Shown: positions 10,763 to 21,382 of the stretch, in pieces
Layout of the letters: the number at the start of each line of letters is the position of its first letter
Position numbering within the stretch: the stretch's first letter is position 1
DNA from: Gammaproteobacteria bacterium
Lineage (GTDB): Bacteria > Pseudomonadota > Gammaproteobacteria > GCA-2400775
Assembly (NCBI GenBank): GCA_015492075.1
Contig: WGFU01000031.1
Location: 2,353-66,352 of the forward strand
Reading direction: 5' to 3'
Length of the DNA: 64,000 nucleotides
Notes under the pieces: generated by a model
The model's database searches: none
The model's input: only the letters and a program-made list of their open reading frames with translations
Told to the model about the DNA's origin: nothing
Made by a program: the position numbers and the translations under genes

Positions 10763-11249
10763 ATTATTACTATTATTGTTATTGTCAACCACGTTGGCGG
10801 CCTGTGGCTACCAATTACGCGGCGTGCAAAACGGCAACATCGAGCTGGCTATCGCATCGGTATATTTGACCGGCGGTGAGCAGGATGCCGTCTTGCTGGC
10901 TTTGTTAAAGCGGCGTTTGCAGCAATCCGGCGTTGTCGAAGTTGCGGCTGATAACTTGGCCGATGTCAGTCTCAGCCTCGGTTCAATTTCACGTTCACGC
11001 CGCGTGTTGTCCGTGAACAACTCGGCCAAGGTATCTGAATTCGAATTGTACTATTCCGTGAGCTATCGTATTAGCATGCCTGACGGTACCTCAACGCAGC
11101 GCAGCGCCAGTGCGCGGCGTGATCTCATTTTCAATGAGAGCCAGGTGTTAGCCAAGGCGGAAGAAGAGCAAAGACTCTATAACGAGATGCGTGGCGATGT
11201 GGTCAATACGATTTTGCGTGTCTTGCGCCGCGCAGGATCAAGCGCGTAG
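10749..11249 (+). CDS. lptE: LPS assembly lipoprotein LptE
   Basis: TTG start. Leu-rich signal peptide ends in lipobox LAAC. Sits in the conserved position directly after leuS. Confidence 0.85.
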   Translation: MLPARLLLLLLLSTTLAACGYQLRGVQNGNIELAIASVYLTGGEQDAVLLALLKRRLQQSGVVEVAADNLADVSLSLGSISRSRRVLSVNNSAKVSEFELYYSVSYRISMPDGTSTQRSASARRDLIFNESQVLAKAEEEQRLYNEMRGDVVNTILRVLRRAGSSA

Positions 11250-11253
11250 CACA

Positions 11254-12288
11254 GTGAAAATTGACGCTCGCCAGCTACCGCCACAGCTAAAAAAACCGTT
11301 ATTGCCGTGCTACATCATTTCCGGCGATGAGCCCTTGTTAGTGCAGGAGGCGGCCGACCAATTGCGCCAGGCCGCCGAAACGCAAGGTTTTGATTCGCGC
11401 GAATGCCATCATGTTGACAGCGGCTTTGATTGGCAAAGCCTGGCTGCCTCCGCAGATGCCTTGTCATTATTTTCCAGTCGCCGTTTGATCGAGCTACGCT
11501 TTAACAAGCCGACCCCGGGGGATGTGGGTTCGCGCACGTTGCGTGAGTTAGCGCAGCATATGCCCGCAGACACCCTTTTTCTGCTGGTTATGCCTAAACT
11601 GGACGCCAAGGCGAAATCCGCTGCTTGGTATAAGGCCATGGACAAGGTTGGTGCTGTTGTTCAGGTCTGGCCGTTAGAGCGGCGTGAGCTGGGTTCATGG
11701 TTGTCGGCACGCATGCGCCAACAGGGTCTTGAGGCGGATCAAGATGCCATTCATTTGCTGGCAGATTATGTTGAAGGGAATTTGCTGGCCGCGGTGCAAG
11801 AAATTGCCAAGCTGAGCTTGATGCAAACTGGTACACGCATCAGCGCGGCCACCATCGAAGTCAGTATTAGCGATAATGCCCGCTTCGACGTCTTCGGGTT
11901 GGTTGACAGCGCTTTGGCGGGCGATATGGTGCGTGTTCAGCGTATGGTGGCGATGCTCGAGAAAGAGGGTATTGCGCCCACCCTGGTGTTGTGGGCCTTG
12001 TCACGCGAACTGCGGACCCTGGTGAGATTGGCGAGCAGCGCGGGTTCGACAGGCCGTGTCGACAGCAGTCGCGCGCGTTCGCTTGGCGTCTGGCAAAAGC
12101 GATTACCATTGATCGTTGCGGCCTTGAAACGTCAGGATGTTAAGGCGTGGCGGCGATTACTGCAGCGTGCGGCCAGGGTCGACCGCATCATTAAAGGCGC
12201 TGCGGTAGGCAGCGTGTGGGATGAATTGTTACAATTGGCGCAGGCGGTCGCTGGTGCGGCCCCGTTACCTGTTCGCGATAGCGCCTGA
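11254..12288 (+). CDS. holA: DNA polymerase III subunit delta
   Basis: Fits leuS-lptE-holA synteny and has a delta-subunit-like N-terminus (YIISGDEPLLVQEA). I preferred GTG 11254, just after the lptE stop, over ATG 11191, which overlaps lptE by 59 nt. Confidence 0.8.
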   Translation: MKIDARQLPPQLKKPLLPCYIISGDEPLLVQEAADQLRQAAETQGFDSRECHHVDSGFDWQSLAASADALSLFSSRRLIELRFNKPTPGDVGSRTLRELAQHMPADTLFLLVMPKLDAKAKSAAWYKAMDKVGAVVQVWPLERRELGSWLSARMRQQGLEADQDAIHLLADYVEGNLLAAVQEIAKLSLMQTGTRISAATIEVSISDNARFDVFGLVDSALAGDMVRVQRMVAMLEKEGIAPTLVLWALSRELRTLVRLASSAGSTGRVDSSRARSLGVWQKRLPLIVAALKRQDVKAWRRLLQRAARVDRIIKGAAVGSVWDELLQLAQAVAGAAPLPVRDSA

Positions 12289-12370
12289 GCGCCACTGATT
12301 GCGTTATTTTAAGCTTCTACCTAATTGAATATACGTTATGGTTTCCGTACCCACAGAGTTTAACACCAAA

Positions 12371-13636
12371 ATGGACACAGACAGTCTCCGCGTTATGATG
12401 CGTGAGCTAGGCGCTAATGCCAAAGCTGCATCGCGTGCGCTGATGTCTGCCAGTACGGCTGACAAGAACGCGGCCTTGATGGCAGCGGCAGATGCCATCA
12501 GCCATCGCCAGGCCGATTTGATTGCCGAGAATAAGAAAGACCTTGAGCTTGGCCGCGCTCGTGGTTTGAATGCTGCCTTGATGGATCGGCTCGAGCTTAA
12601 TGCCGAGCGCGTCGAGTCCATGGCGGATGGCTTGCGTCAGATCGCGGCATTGCCTGATCCAGTGGGTGAAATCAGCGATTTGAGTTTTCGTCCCTCAGGT
12701 ATCCAGGTTGGGCGCATGCGTGTACCGTTAGGAGTGGTCGGAATCATTTACGAATCGCGGCCCAATGTCACCGCCGATGCGGCAGCTCTATGTTTGAAGT
12801 CCGGTAATGCAGCGATATTGCGCGGTGGCTCAGAAGCGGCTCATTCCAATCAGGCCATTGCCCGTTGCATTCATGACGGTTTGCGCGCGGCGGGTCTGCC
12901 ATTGGCCGCAGTGCAGGTGGTAGCGACAACCGACCGTGCTGCGGTGAGTGCCTTGGTGCAGATGGAAGAATACGTTGATATTATCGTGCCACGCGGTGGC
13001 AAGGGCCTGATCGAACGTGTCAGTGCTGACGCGCGGGTGCCAGTGATCAAGCATCTGCATGGCGTCTGTCATGTTTATATTGATGATACGGCGGATATCG
13101 ATAAGGCGGTGGCAATAGCCGTGAATGCCAAGACCCAGCGTTATGGCACCTGCAATACGATGGAGACATTGTTGGTAGCTGAATCGATTGCGCCGAAGGT
13201 GCTGCCTTTATTGGCTAAAGAATACGCTGCAAAGGGCGTTGAGCTGCGCGGCTGCGCACGTACATTAAAAATCATTACCGATGCCAAGGCGGCGAGCGAA
13301 GAAGATTGGCATGAAGAATATTTAGCGCCGATTTTGTCGGTTCGCATGGTGGATGGCCTGGATCAAGCACTGGATCATATTCATGAATACAGCTCTCACC
13401 ATACCGAATCGATAGTCAGTGAAAGCTATTCTGCGACGCAACGTTTCTTGCGTGAAGTCGATTCAAGCTCGGTCATGGTTAACACCTCAACACGGTTTGC
13501 TGACGGTTTTGAATACGGTCTTGGTGCTGAGATCGGTATCAGCACAGACAAGATTCATGCGCGCGGCCCGGTCGGGCTGCATGGCTTGACGTCACAAAAA
13601 TATATAGTGTTGGGTGACGGCCATATTCGTCGCTGA
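12371..13636 (+). CDS. proA: gamma-glutamyl phosphate reductase
   Basis: Aldehyde-dehydrogenase-type fold sequence (IYESRPNVT, catalytic-Cys region [11 protein letters not shown]). ATG 12371 gives about 421 aa, the usual ProA length. Confidence 0.9.
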   Translation: MDTDSLRVMMRELGANAKAASRALMSASTADKNAALMAAADAISHRQADLIAENKKDLELGRARGLNAALMDRLELNAERVESMADGLRQIAALPDPVGEISDLSFRPSGIQVGRMRVPLGVVGIIYESRPNVTADAAALCLKSGNAAILRGGSEAAHSNQAIARCIHDGLRAAGLPLAAVQVVATTDRAAVSALVQMEEYVDIIVPRGGKGLIERVSADARVPVIKHLHGVCHVYIDDTADIDKAVAIAVNAKTQRYGTCNTMETLLVAESIAPKVLPLLAKEYAAKGVELRGCARTLKIITDAKAASEEDWHEEYLAPILSVRMVDGLDQALDHIHEYSSHHTESIVSESYSATQRFLREVDSSSVMVNTSTRFADGFEYGLGAEIGISTDKIHARGPVGLHGLTSQKYIVLGDGHIRR

Positions 13637-13646
13637 TCCTAGCGAA

Positions 13647-14312
13647 ATGATAGGAATTTATGGCGGCACCTTTGACCCGATCCATTTTGGTCACTTGCGT
13701 TCGGCATTAGAAGTTGCCGAGCAGCTTTCGTTGTCAAAGGTGTTAATGGTTCTCAGCGCGCAGCCGCCGCACCGCGATACGCCGCAAGTATCGATACAGC
13801 ACCGTTGGCAAATGTTGCAACTGGCCTTGTCCGGTCAGACTCGTCTACTTGCCGATGATCGTGAAATGCTACGCGATGGCCCTTCTTACACTTATGACAC
13901 CCTGTCGTCTGTTCGTAAAGAGCATGGTGATGCACCGCTTTGTTTGATTCTGGGTGGAGATGTGTTTGCGGGCCTGGCGACGTGGCACCGCTGGCAGGAG
14001 TTGCTTGATTTGGCGCATATTGTCGTTATGCGCCGCGCCGGTGAAGCGGTCAAATGGGATAGTCAGATAAAGCAATATTATGCAAAGGCGGCAACAGGTG
14101 AGCAGTCTGAATTGTCTTCAGCGCCGGCAGGGGCTATCTATGAGTTGGACGTGACACCATTGCACATATCGGCCACAAGTATACGTCAGAGTTTGCTGGC
14201 GGGGAGAGAGGCCAGATATCTGATTCCCGACAGCGTGTTAATGTATATCGAACAAAATAAATTATATCAACGTGCCCCCAGCTCAGGTCGGGGGCAGGCT
14301 CTTGGGGTTTAA
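13647..14312 (+). CDS. nadD: nicotinate-nucleotide adenylyltransferase
   Basis: GGTFDPIHFGHL nucleotidyltransferase motif and a C-terminal ISATSIR motif. The start is set at ATG 13647. Confidence 0.9.
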   Translation: MIGIYGGTFDPIHFGHLRSALEVAEQLSLSKVLMVLSAQPPHRDTPQVSIQHRWQMLQLALSGQTRLLADDREMLRDGPSYTYDTLSSVRKEHGDAPLCLILGGDVFAGLATWHRWQELLDLAHIVVMRRAGEAVKWDSQIKQYYAKAATGEQSELSSAPAGAIYELDVTPLHISATSIRQSLLAGREARYLIPDSVLMYIEQNKLYQRAPSSGRGQALGV

Positions 14313-14341
14313 CGTGCCCAGGGGTACAACATGGGTAAATC

Positions 14342-14701
14342 ATGGAATCTTGCATGCAAGCAGAGAATATAAAAGATAAGGTTATGATCGCGCTTGATGA
14401 CTTGAAGGCGCAGGACATTCTGGCGTTGGATGTTCGCGGTCTGACTTCGATCGCCGACTATATGGTCATCGCCAGCGGCACCTCGGATCGTCATGTTAAG
14501 TCACTGGCATCGAGCGTGGCCGACACCTTAAAAAAGGCAGGTTGTCGCCCCTTAGGCATGGAAGGTGAAACCGAGGGTGAATGGGTGTTGATTGATTTCG
14601 GTGACGTGATTGTTCATGTCATGCTGCCGCAGGCGAGAGAGTTTTATAAACTGGAAAGTCTGTGGGATATCGACAATCTGGAAGAGCGTGAACAAGTTTA
14701 G
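14342..14701 (+). CDS. rsfS: ribosome silencing factor RsfS (iojap family)
   Basis: 119 aa with DYMVIASGTSDRHVKSLA and WVLIDFGDVIVHVM. Fits nadD-rsfS-rlmH synteny. Confidence 0.9.
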   Translation: MESCMQAENIKDKVMIALDDLKAQDILALDVRGLTSIADYMVIASGTSDRHVKSLASSVADTLKKAGCRPLGMEGETEGEWVLIDFGDVIVHVMLPQAREFYKLESLWDIDNLEEREQV

Positions 14702-14800
14702 CAAGCGACAAAAAAACGCGTTTTTATTTGCTGATTTGCGCTATCTCGAAAGGCCTTGCCTTAACACCAGCAACGTTGTTGTTTAGGCTGTTTTCGGGTT

Positions 14801-15271
14801 ATGCGCCTTCATCTCATCAGTGTCGGGACCCGTATGCCTGCTTGGGTTAACGATGCCTATCATGACTTTGCCCGGCGCCTGCCGCATGAATGTGGCTTGC
14901 AATTACGTGAAATCGAGGCGGGCAAGCGTGGCAAAAACACGGATATCAAGCGGCTGATAACAGGTGAAGGTGAGCGCATGCTTGCTGCGATACCCAAAAA
15001 TGCCTTGTGCATTGCCCTTGATGTCAATGGTAGGCAATGGAGTAGCGAGAGGCTCGCCAGTTCTTTAACCGAGTGGATGGCAAGCGGCGATGATGTGGCG
15101 TTGTTGGTGGGCGGTGCTGATGGCCTGGCGCAGGCTTGCTTGCAACGTGCGACGCTACGTTGGTCTCTGTCTCAACTTACCTTGCCGCACATGTTGGTGC
15201 GCGTCGTGCTCGCAGAGCAACTTTATCGTGCCTGGAGCATTGGTCGCGGTCTACCTTATCATCGCGGTTAA
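14801..15271 (+). CDS. rlmH: 23S rRNA (pseudouridine1915-N3)-methyltransferase RlmH
   Basis: 156-aa SPOUT-type protein with LVGGADG and an EQLYRAWSI...PYH C-terminus. Confidence 0.9.
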   Translation: MRLHLISVGTRMPAWVNDAYHDFARRLPHECGLQLREIEAGKRGKNTDIKRLITGEGERMLAAIPKNALCIALDVNGRQWSSERLASSLTEWMASGDDVALLVGGADGLAQACLQRATLRWSLSQLTLPHMLVRVVLAEQLYRAWSIGRGLPYHRG

Positions 15272-15280
15272 ACTTCACTG

Positions 15281-15889
15281 ATGTCTACCTCCCCTGATAT
15301 CTATCTTGCCTCCGCGTCGCCACGGCGTGCCGAGTTGTTGCAGCAGATTGGCGTCAAATTTGAGGTCTGTGTGAGCGACATCGACGAACAGCCGCGGTCA
15401 GGCGAAACGCCAGGTAATTATGTTTGTCGACTTGCCACAGAAAAGGCCTCGTCAGTGCAGCATGCACTCGGGGTGCAATGCCCGGTGTTGGGTGCCGATA
15501 CCATTGTTGTGGTTGACGGCGATGTGCTAGGTAAGCCGACAGACAGTGATCAGGCATACCATATGTTGGCTCGTTTATCGAATAACTGGCATGAAGTGTT
15601 GACGGCGGTTGCGGTGGCCGGTGAAGTTGTCGATACTGGAAAGATTACTGTAGAACTGCTTTGTAATGTGACGCGGGTTCACATGCGCCCGTTGACACGC
15701 GCCGAGATTGAATATTATGGGAATTGTGAAACGGTTCTGGATAAGGCTGGCGGCTATGCGGTACAAGGGATTGCCGCCAGTTTTATTGATCGTATTGAAG
15801 GGAGCTATTCCGCAGTAATGGGATTGCCACTATATGAAACGAGTGAGTTATTAAGGCGATTTGGTATTAATGTGCTGGTTCGTGATTAG
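15281..15889 (+). CDS. maf: Maf-like nucleoside triphosphate pyrophosphatase
   Basis: LASASPRRAELLQQIG N-terminus and a GAYGIQ-like GGYAVQG motif. Confidence 0.9.
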   Translation: MSTSPDIYLASASPRRAELLQQIGVKFEVCVSDIDEQPRSGETPGNYVCRLATEKASSVQHALGVQCPVLGADTIVVVDGDVLGKPTDSDQAYHMLARLSNNWHEVLTAVAVAGEVVDTGKITVELLCNVTRVHMRPLTRAEIEYYGNCETVLDKAGGYAVQGIAASFIDRIEGSYSAVMGLPLYETSELLRRFGINVLVRD

Positions 15890-15912
15890 ACACACTGTTA
15901 AGAAGATGAATA

Positions 15913-17424
15913 ATGAATAATGAATTATTAATCAATGTGACGCCTCGAGAGACACGCATTGCCTATGTTGAAAATGGTCTTTTGCAAGATGTTTTTATTG
16001 AACGCTCAGGCAAGCAAAGTTTAGTCAGCAATATTTATAAAGGAAAGGTTTGCCGCGTGCTGCCCGGTATGCAGGCCGCCTTTGTTGAGGTTGGGCTTGA
16101 TCGCACGGCTTTTCTGCACGTGTCGGATGTTGCGGGTTCGCCTGCGCGTACATATTTCAACGGAGACTCTGAAACGGAAGCAGGCAATCGTAACGGGGGC
16201 AACGGTAATGGTGTTGCTGAATGCGATATTCGTGAGTTGCTAAAAGAAGGCGACGAAATCTTGGTGCAGGTGACCAAAGATCCCATTGGCACCAAAGGCG
16301 CGCGTTTGACCATGCATTTGTCAGTGGCGTCGCGCTTTTTGGTGTATATGGAAAACATGGGATCCATCGGCATATCACAGCGTATCGAAAGTGATGAAGA
16401 GCGTGACCGTTTGCGTGAGCTGGTACGTCAAGAGAGTGATGACAGCAGTGGTGGGTATATTGTTCGTACTGCGGCGGAAGGCGCAAGCGCGGAACAGCTG
16501 CGTGCCGATATGGGTTTCCTGCAACGTTTATGGCGCTCGGTACAGCGACAAGCGAAAGAGGCAGCGGTTGGGGAAATTGTTCATGAGGATCTGCCTTTGG
16601 TTGTACGTACCATTCGTGATATGACCTGGACACAGGTGAACAAGATTCGCATAGACTCGCGCGAGGCCTATAAAACCGCAGGTGAGGTGGCCAGGAAATT
16701 CATTCCTGAATTGTTACCACGCATAGAATACTATCCTGGCGAGAGACCAATATTCGACCTTTATTCGGTGGAAGATGAGATTCAGCGCGCGCTGGAACGT
16801 AAGGTCCCGCTCAAATCAGGTGGCTATCTGATTATTGAGCAGACCGAGGCCATGATTACCATTGATATCAACACCGGCGCTTATGTTGGCAGCCGTAACC
16901 TTGAAGAGACGATATATAAAACCAACCTCGAAGCCGTGCATACCCTTATGCGGCAGCTGCGGTTGCGCAACTTGGGTGGCATCATCATTATCGATTTTAT
17001 CGATATGGAAGAAGATGAGCATAAACGGCAAGTTTTACGCGCGCTGGAAAAAGCCGTGGCCTTGGATACAGCGAAGAGTGTGATCACTGAGGTATCGCCA
17101 CTCGGGCTAGTTGAGATGTCACGTAAGCGCACGCGTGAAAGTTTGGGGCAATTATTATGTGAGTCCTGCCCTTCTTGTGATGGTCGCGGTACCGTCAAAA
17201 CAGCAAAGACAGTGAGCTACGAGATTCTACGCGATATTTTACGTGAGGCGCGTCAATATGACGTGAAAGAGTATTTGGTTTTGGCCTCGCGTGAGGTGGT
17301 TGAACTGTTTCAGGACGAGGAGGCGGCCAGCATTGCAGAACTCGAAGAGTTTATTGGTAAACCCATCCGCTTTCAAACTGAGCCCTTGTATTTTCGAGAC
17401 CAGTTTGACGTGGTGTTAATGTAA
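15913..17424 (+). CDS. rng: ribonuclease G
   Basis: S1 domain (NIYKGKVCRVLPGMQAAFVEVG) and RNase E/G catalytic core (GGYLIIEQTEAMITIDINTG, LRNLGGIIIIDFIDM). Near-colinear with E. coli Rng. Confidence 0.95.
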   Translation: MNNELLINVTPRETRIAYVENGLLQDVFIERSGKQSLVSNIYKGKVCRVLPGMQAAFVEVGLDRTAFLHVSDVAGSPARTYFNGDSETEAGNRNGGNGNGVAECDIRELLKEGDEILVQVTKDPIGTKGARLTMHLSVASRFLVYMENMGSIGISQRIESDEERDRLRELVRQESDDSSGGYIVRTAAEGASAEQLRADMGFLQRLWRSVQRQAKEAAVGEIVHEDLPLVVRTIRDMTWTQVNKIRIDSREAYKTAGEVARKFIPELLPRIEYYPGERPIFDLYSVEDEIQRALERKVPLKSGGYLIIEQTEAMITIDINTGAYVGSRNLEETIYKTNLEAVHTLMRQLRLRNLGGIIIIDFIDMEEDEHKRQVLRALEKAVALDTAKSVITEVSPLGLVEMSRKRTRESLGQLLCESCPSCDGRGTVKTAKTVSYEILRDILREARQYDVKEYLVLASREVVELFQDEEAASIAELEEFIGKPIRFQTEPLYFRDQFDVVLM

Positions 17425-17508
17425 GCTTTGTCACACAAGTGAATGTTAACCGGCTTATTTTGTCTTAGGTTTTTTGCAGTGTGACAAACCCTCTTTGATA
17501 GTAACGAT

Positions 17509-20500
17509 GTGAGCGTATTCAGAACCCCTTCCTCGGTATTACTGTATTCGCTGGCAGCGATTGTGATTATTGCTGCAATGGCGTTGAGCTTGATGCGTCT
17601 GGTTGTTCCTTATGCCGATGATTTCCGGCAGCAAATCCAATCAGCCATTAGCGATGTGGCTGGCCGTGATGTCATCATTGGTGACATCGACGCATCATGG
17701 CGGCATTTCAAACCACAAATTGAATTGCAAAATGTCAGTATCGCGCTTGGCGATGAGCAAGCGCTTGAATTCGGGCGCGTCTCTCTCGGGGTTGACCTTA
17801 TTAGTTCGGTATTGCAAAGGCGTCTCATATCCAATGAGATTCGTTTGGCCGGTTTTGAATTGTATGTGGTTGAGAGTGCTGAGGGTCGTTTTTCTCTGGC
17901 AGGCTTGCCGGCATCTGAAAAGCGCGTGGATATGGCGTTGTACCGCAACTTGGCGCAGTGGCTTGCGCGTCAGCAGCAGGTGGTTGTTGAGAATGGCACA
18001 CTGTACCTCACTAGTGAAAAGCGACCTGAACTGCTTCAGATTTTTTCCAAGTTTGGTGTTTATGTGGTCAATGCTGACGAGCATCACCAGCTTGCGGCAC
18101 AAATTGATATGCCTGCGTCTCTTGGTGGAAAAGTAGAGTTAGTGGCAAACCTTAATGGTATTCCTTTGTTGCAGGATGACTGGTCGGTTGATAGTTATAT
18201 CAAGCTGGAGAGCATTTCTGTTCCAGGTTTTGCCGAGGAATTTATCAAGGCTGCTGCGAATGGCCGTGCCCGTGATAATGCCAATAAAGTGAAAGGAGGT
18301 GTGCTCGATCTTGAGATGTGGGCGACGGTCGCCTCGGACCAGACCTTTGTTGCGCAGGGTCGCTTAGCTGCAGCGAAACTTCGGCTAAGCGACGAATCCT
18401 CGAAAAAGCTCGGCAGCGAACTGATGATTAGTGAGCTAAGTGCTGATTTTGCCGTGCGCAAGCAACAGCAGGAGTGGGCAATGGCTGTTGCGCCGCTGCG
18501 CATTGCCCGTGTTGGTGCGTCAGAGCAGAGCCTCGATTTGCAATTGCGCTACCGCGACGACACCAAGGCGCGCGCACTGATTTTGCAAACCGGTAGTTAT
18601 CGCGTGGACGATATGCTGGGTCTGGTGCGTGCGACTCCCTGGCTTTCCGGTGAGCAATTATCCGCTCTCAGCCGGATGAATGTGAGTGGGGATGTCAGTA
18701 AAACCATATTGCAATGGCGACAAGGCGAGGATGCAGTGTTGTCAGCCTATGCCGAATTCGACAATTTCATTGTGGCGCCTTCCGAGCAATTGCCCGGTAT
18801 TGGCGGTTTGAGTGGTTTTGTTCATTACCGGGGTGATCATGGTCAGCTTGTTATTGCGACACCTGATTCAAGGTTTACCGCCTCGCGGTGGTTTCGTAGC
18901 CCTTTGCAGTTCGATAGCTTGGCACTTGACTTGGCATGGTCGAAATATGATTCTGGACTTTTGGTTGAAGTCAGCGACATTACATTGAACAATGCAGATA
19001 TCGCATTGGCCGGTAATGTGGCTATGCGCATTCCAGTAGATCAAAAAGCATCTCCCTATATTGATCTTGAACTGGCATTGGAGCGAGCGGATATCGCCAA
19101 GCGTTCCCTTTATCTGCCCGCTAAAATTATGCCTGCTAAAACTGTACAGTGGTTTGACCGCGCGCTAAAGCAGGGGCGGTTGTCAGCAGGTACAGTGAGA
19201 TTGGAAGGCTTGTTGGCAAAATTTCCGTTTAAAGATGGTGGTGGTGCGTTCTCGGTGGATGCGCGGATTGATCAGGCGCAGCTTGAATATAGCCGCGGCT
19301 GGCCAGCGATTCAAAATATCGGTGCCAATCTACGTGTTCGCAATGCGGGCATAGAGCTGATTGCAGACCGGGGTTCAGCCTTTGATACCAAGATCAAGCA
19401 AGCACGCATGAGCGTGACTGATTTTACCGTCAAGCCGGTGGCGATGAAGGTTATCGGTACGACGCAAGGCCCGAGTGCGGACGCCTTGCGGTTTGTAGCG
19501 CAAAGCCCTCTCAAAAAGCGATTTAAAGACGCATTGCAGGTCTTGTCGGTAGATGGTGAAAGCGAACTTTCATTGAGACTGGATATCCCTATTCCGGGTA
19601 AAGTGAGCGTCTTTGGTAAGCTTGCTATGGTTGATAATCACCTGAGCGTGGCCAATGACCAGTTTATTGCGAAAAATATCGATGGCACTCTTCACTTCGA
19701 TAACAAAGGCTTGCGCGGCGATGCAATTGGCGCGGACATTTTTGGCATGCGTACGCTGGTTGATTTTGAGCCAGTGGTCGATGGCGATAAACATGGGATC
19801 AAATTTACCGGGCGAGGCCAGGGCGACGTGGCAAGCTATGCGCGCCTCAGTGGTTTGCCTTGGTTAACGAAGCGTGCTGCCGGCAAGTCGCAATGGAAAG
19901 CGCAGTTGGTGGTATTGGGAGGCAAGCTCGATTTGTCTGTGGAGTCCGATCTGGTGGGGATTGTCAGTCAATTTCCTCAGCCATTGGCCAAGAGTGCGGA
20001 TGAAGACAAATTGTTTTCGTTAAGTACTGCCTTGCCTATTGGTAGTAAGCCCATTGTCTTGTCATATGGGGCGGATATTCAGGCCGATGTTGAAATCGAA
20101 TCAGGGCCAAATGCTACTGTCAGGCTGGCGTTACTAAATGTCGGCCTAGGCAAACCCCCGGTGAAGCGTGTGGCGGGATCCAAAGGGATTTTTATCGATG
20201 GTGTGCTGGACAAACTTGTATTAGATGAATGGATTAGCGCATCGACATTGTGGGTTGACGGCAGTCAATCCAGCGCTGACTTACCTGTCGAGGTGAAGCT
20301 GGTTGCGGATAGGCTGGACGTGTTCGATTATCTTTGGCAGCGTGTAAGCGTAGATGCAAAGCAGACTAATGGCCGGTGGCATGCCGCCTTAAGTGGTGAG
20401 GGTATACGCGGGATCGTGGAGACCGAGGGTGCCGCAGCAGATGCACATATTACGCTGACCATGGATGAGTTAGTGTTGAGCCCTGTCGAGTTAAAACAGG

Positions 20501-21366
20501 TCGGCCAGGCGGACAGTTATGATCCGCGCGATTTGCCAACGGTTAATCTGACGGTAAAGCAGTTTAACTACAATGATTTTGACCTAGGTAAGGTCGCATT
20601 TAAAACCAACAAGATCAAACAGGGGCAGCATATTGACGCTATTGTCATCGATGCGCCGACGTTTTCATTGGCGGGTGCCGGCAATTGGATACAGATAGCG
20701 AATACTCAGCGTTCCTCATTTAATGTTGTTATTGAAACCGATGATCTGGGGGAAATGCTGAACCACTTTGGTTATGCTGCAGATAATGTGAGCGGGGGTA
20801 AAAGTGCCGTTAATGCTAATGTGTTTTGGCAAGGAATGCCGTCGGATTACACACATGATAAGTTAAATGGGCAACTTGCGTTATCGGTTAAGGACATCAG
20901 TTTTAGTGATATTGATCCCGGTGCGGGAAGAGTTTTTGGCTTGTTGAGTATACAAGCCTTACCGCAGCGCTTAAGTCTGGATTTTTCTGATTTGTTTAAG
21001 AAAGGCTTGCAGATCAATACGATTGAAGGTAGTTTTTCGGTAAAGAATGGAGATGCCACGACCGATGATCTGTTTATGCAGGGGCCGGCCGTACGAATTG
21101 ATATTGCGGGAAGAATCGGTCTGGCTAAACAAGATTACGATCAAGTCATGGCGGTAACGCCTGAGGTGAGTTCGAGTTTGCCTTTGGTGGGGGCGGCTGT
21201 CGCTGGCCCGGCTGGCGCGGGGATTGGGACGGCAATTTTGTTTTTACATAAATTATTTAATCCGAAAATACTGCACTACAAATATCAGGTTAGTGGGCCC
21301 TGGTCCAACCCCCAGGTTGTTTTATTGAAAAGTGCGAATACGCAGAGTGAAGAACGACAGGATTAG
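17509..21366 (+). CDS. yhdP: YhdP-family (AsmA-like) large envelope protein
   Basis: 1285 aa with a single N-terminal TM helix and a conserved C-terminal region. Sits in the conserved position after rng. Confidence 0.8.
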   Translation: MSVFRTPSSVLLYSLAAIVIIAAMALSLMRLVVPYADDFRQQIQSAISDVAGRDVIIGDIDASWRHFKPQIELQNVSIALGDEQALEFGRVSLGVDLISSVLQRRLISNEIRLAGFELYVVESAEGRFSLAGLPASEKRVDMALYRNLAQWLARQQQVVVENGTLYLTSEKRPELLQIFSKFGVYVVNADEHHQLAAQIDMPASLGGKVELVANLNGIPLLQDDWSVDSYIKLESISVPGFAEEFIKAAANGRARDNANKVKGGVLDLEMWATVASDQTFVAQGRLAAAKLRLSDESSKKLGSELMISELSADFAVRKQQQEWAMAVAPLRIARVGASEQSLDLQLRYRDDTKARALILQTGSYRVDDMLGLVRATPWLSGEQLSALSRMNVSGDVSKTILQWRQGEDAVLSAYAEFDNFIVAPSEQLPGIGGLSGFVHYRGDHGQLVIATPDSRFTASRWFRSPLQFDSLALDLAWSKYDSGLLVEVSDITLNNADIALAGNVAMRIPVDQKASPYIDLELALERADIAKRSLYLPAKIMPAKTVQWFDRALKQGRLSAGTVRLEGLLAKFPFKDGGGAFSVDARIDQAQLEYSRGWPAIQNIGANLRVRNAGIELIADRGSAFDTKIKQARMSVTDFTVKPVAMKVIGTTQGPSADALRFVAQSPLKKRFKDALQVLSVDGESELSLRLDIPIPGKVSVFGKLAMVDNHLSVANDQFIAKNIDGTLHFDNKGLRGDAIGADIFGMRTLVDFEPVVDGDKHGIKFTGRGQGDVASYARLSGLPWLTKRAAGKSQWKAQLVVLGGKLDLSVESDLVGIVSQFPQPLAKSADEDKLFSLSTALPIGSKPIVLSYGADIQADVEIESGPNATVRLALLNVGLGKPPVKRVAGSKGIFIDGVLDKLVLDEWISASTLWVDGSQSSADLPVEVKLVADRLDVFDYLWQRVSVDAKQTNGRWHAALSGEGIRGIVETEGAAADAHITLTMDELVLSPVELKQVGQADSYDPRDLPTVNLTVKQFNYNDFDLGKVAFKTNKIKQGQHIDAIVIDAPTFSLAGAGNWIQIANTQRSSFNVVIETDDLGEMLNHFGYAADNVSGGKSAVNANVFWQGMPSDYTHDKLNGQLALSVKDISFSDIDPGAGRVFGLLSIQALPQRLSLDFSDLFKKGLQINTIEGSFSVKNGDATTDDLFMQGPAVRIDIAGRIGLAKQDYDQVMAVTPEVSSSLPLVGAAVAGPAGAGIGTAILFLHKLFNPKILHYKYQVSGPWSNPQVVLLKSANTQSEERQD

Positions 21367-21382
21367 AATAAAGATAACCAGT

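Noticed and set aside
14710-14726. Palindrome AAAAACGCGTTTTT between rsfS and rlmH as a terminator or operator
   Set aside because: It could form only an A-U stem with a 4-nt CGCG loop, which is too weak for a terminator. There is no second copy and no known binding-site match.
16130-16215. Gly/Asn-rich extra segment (DSETEAGNRNGGNGNGVAE) in RNase G relative to E. coli Rng
   Set aside because: It lies in the known variable linker after the S1 domain. There are no DNA repeats or a hairpin, so it is probably ordinary lineage variation.
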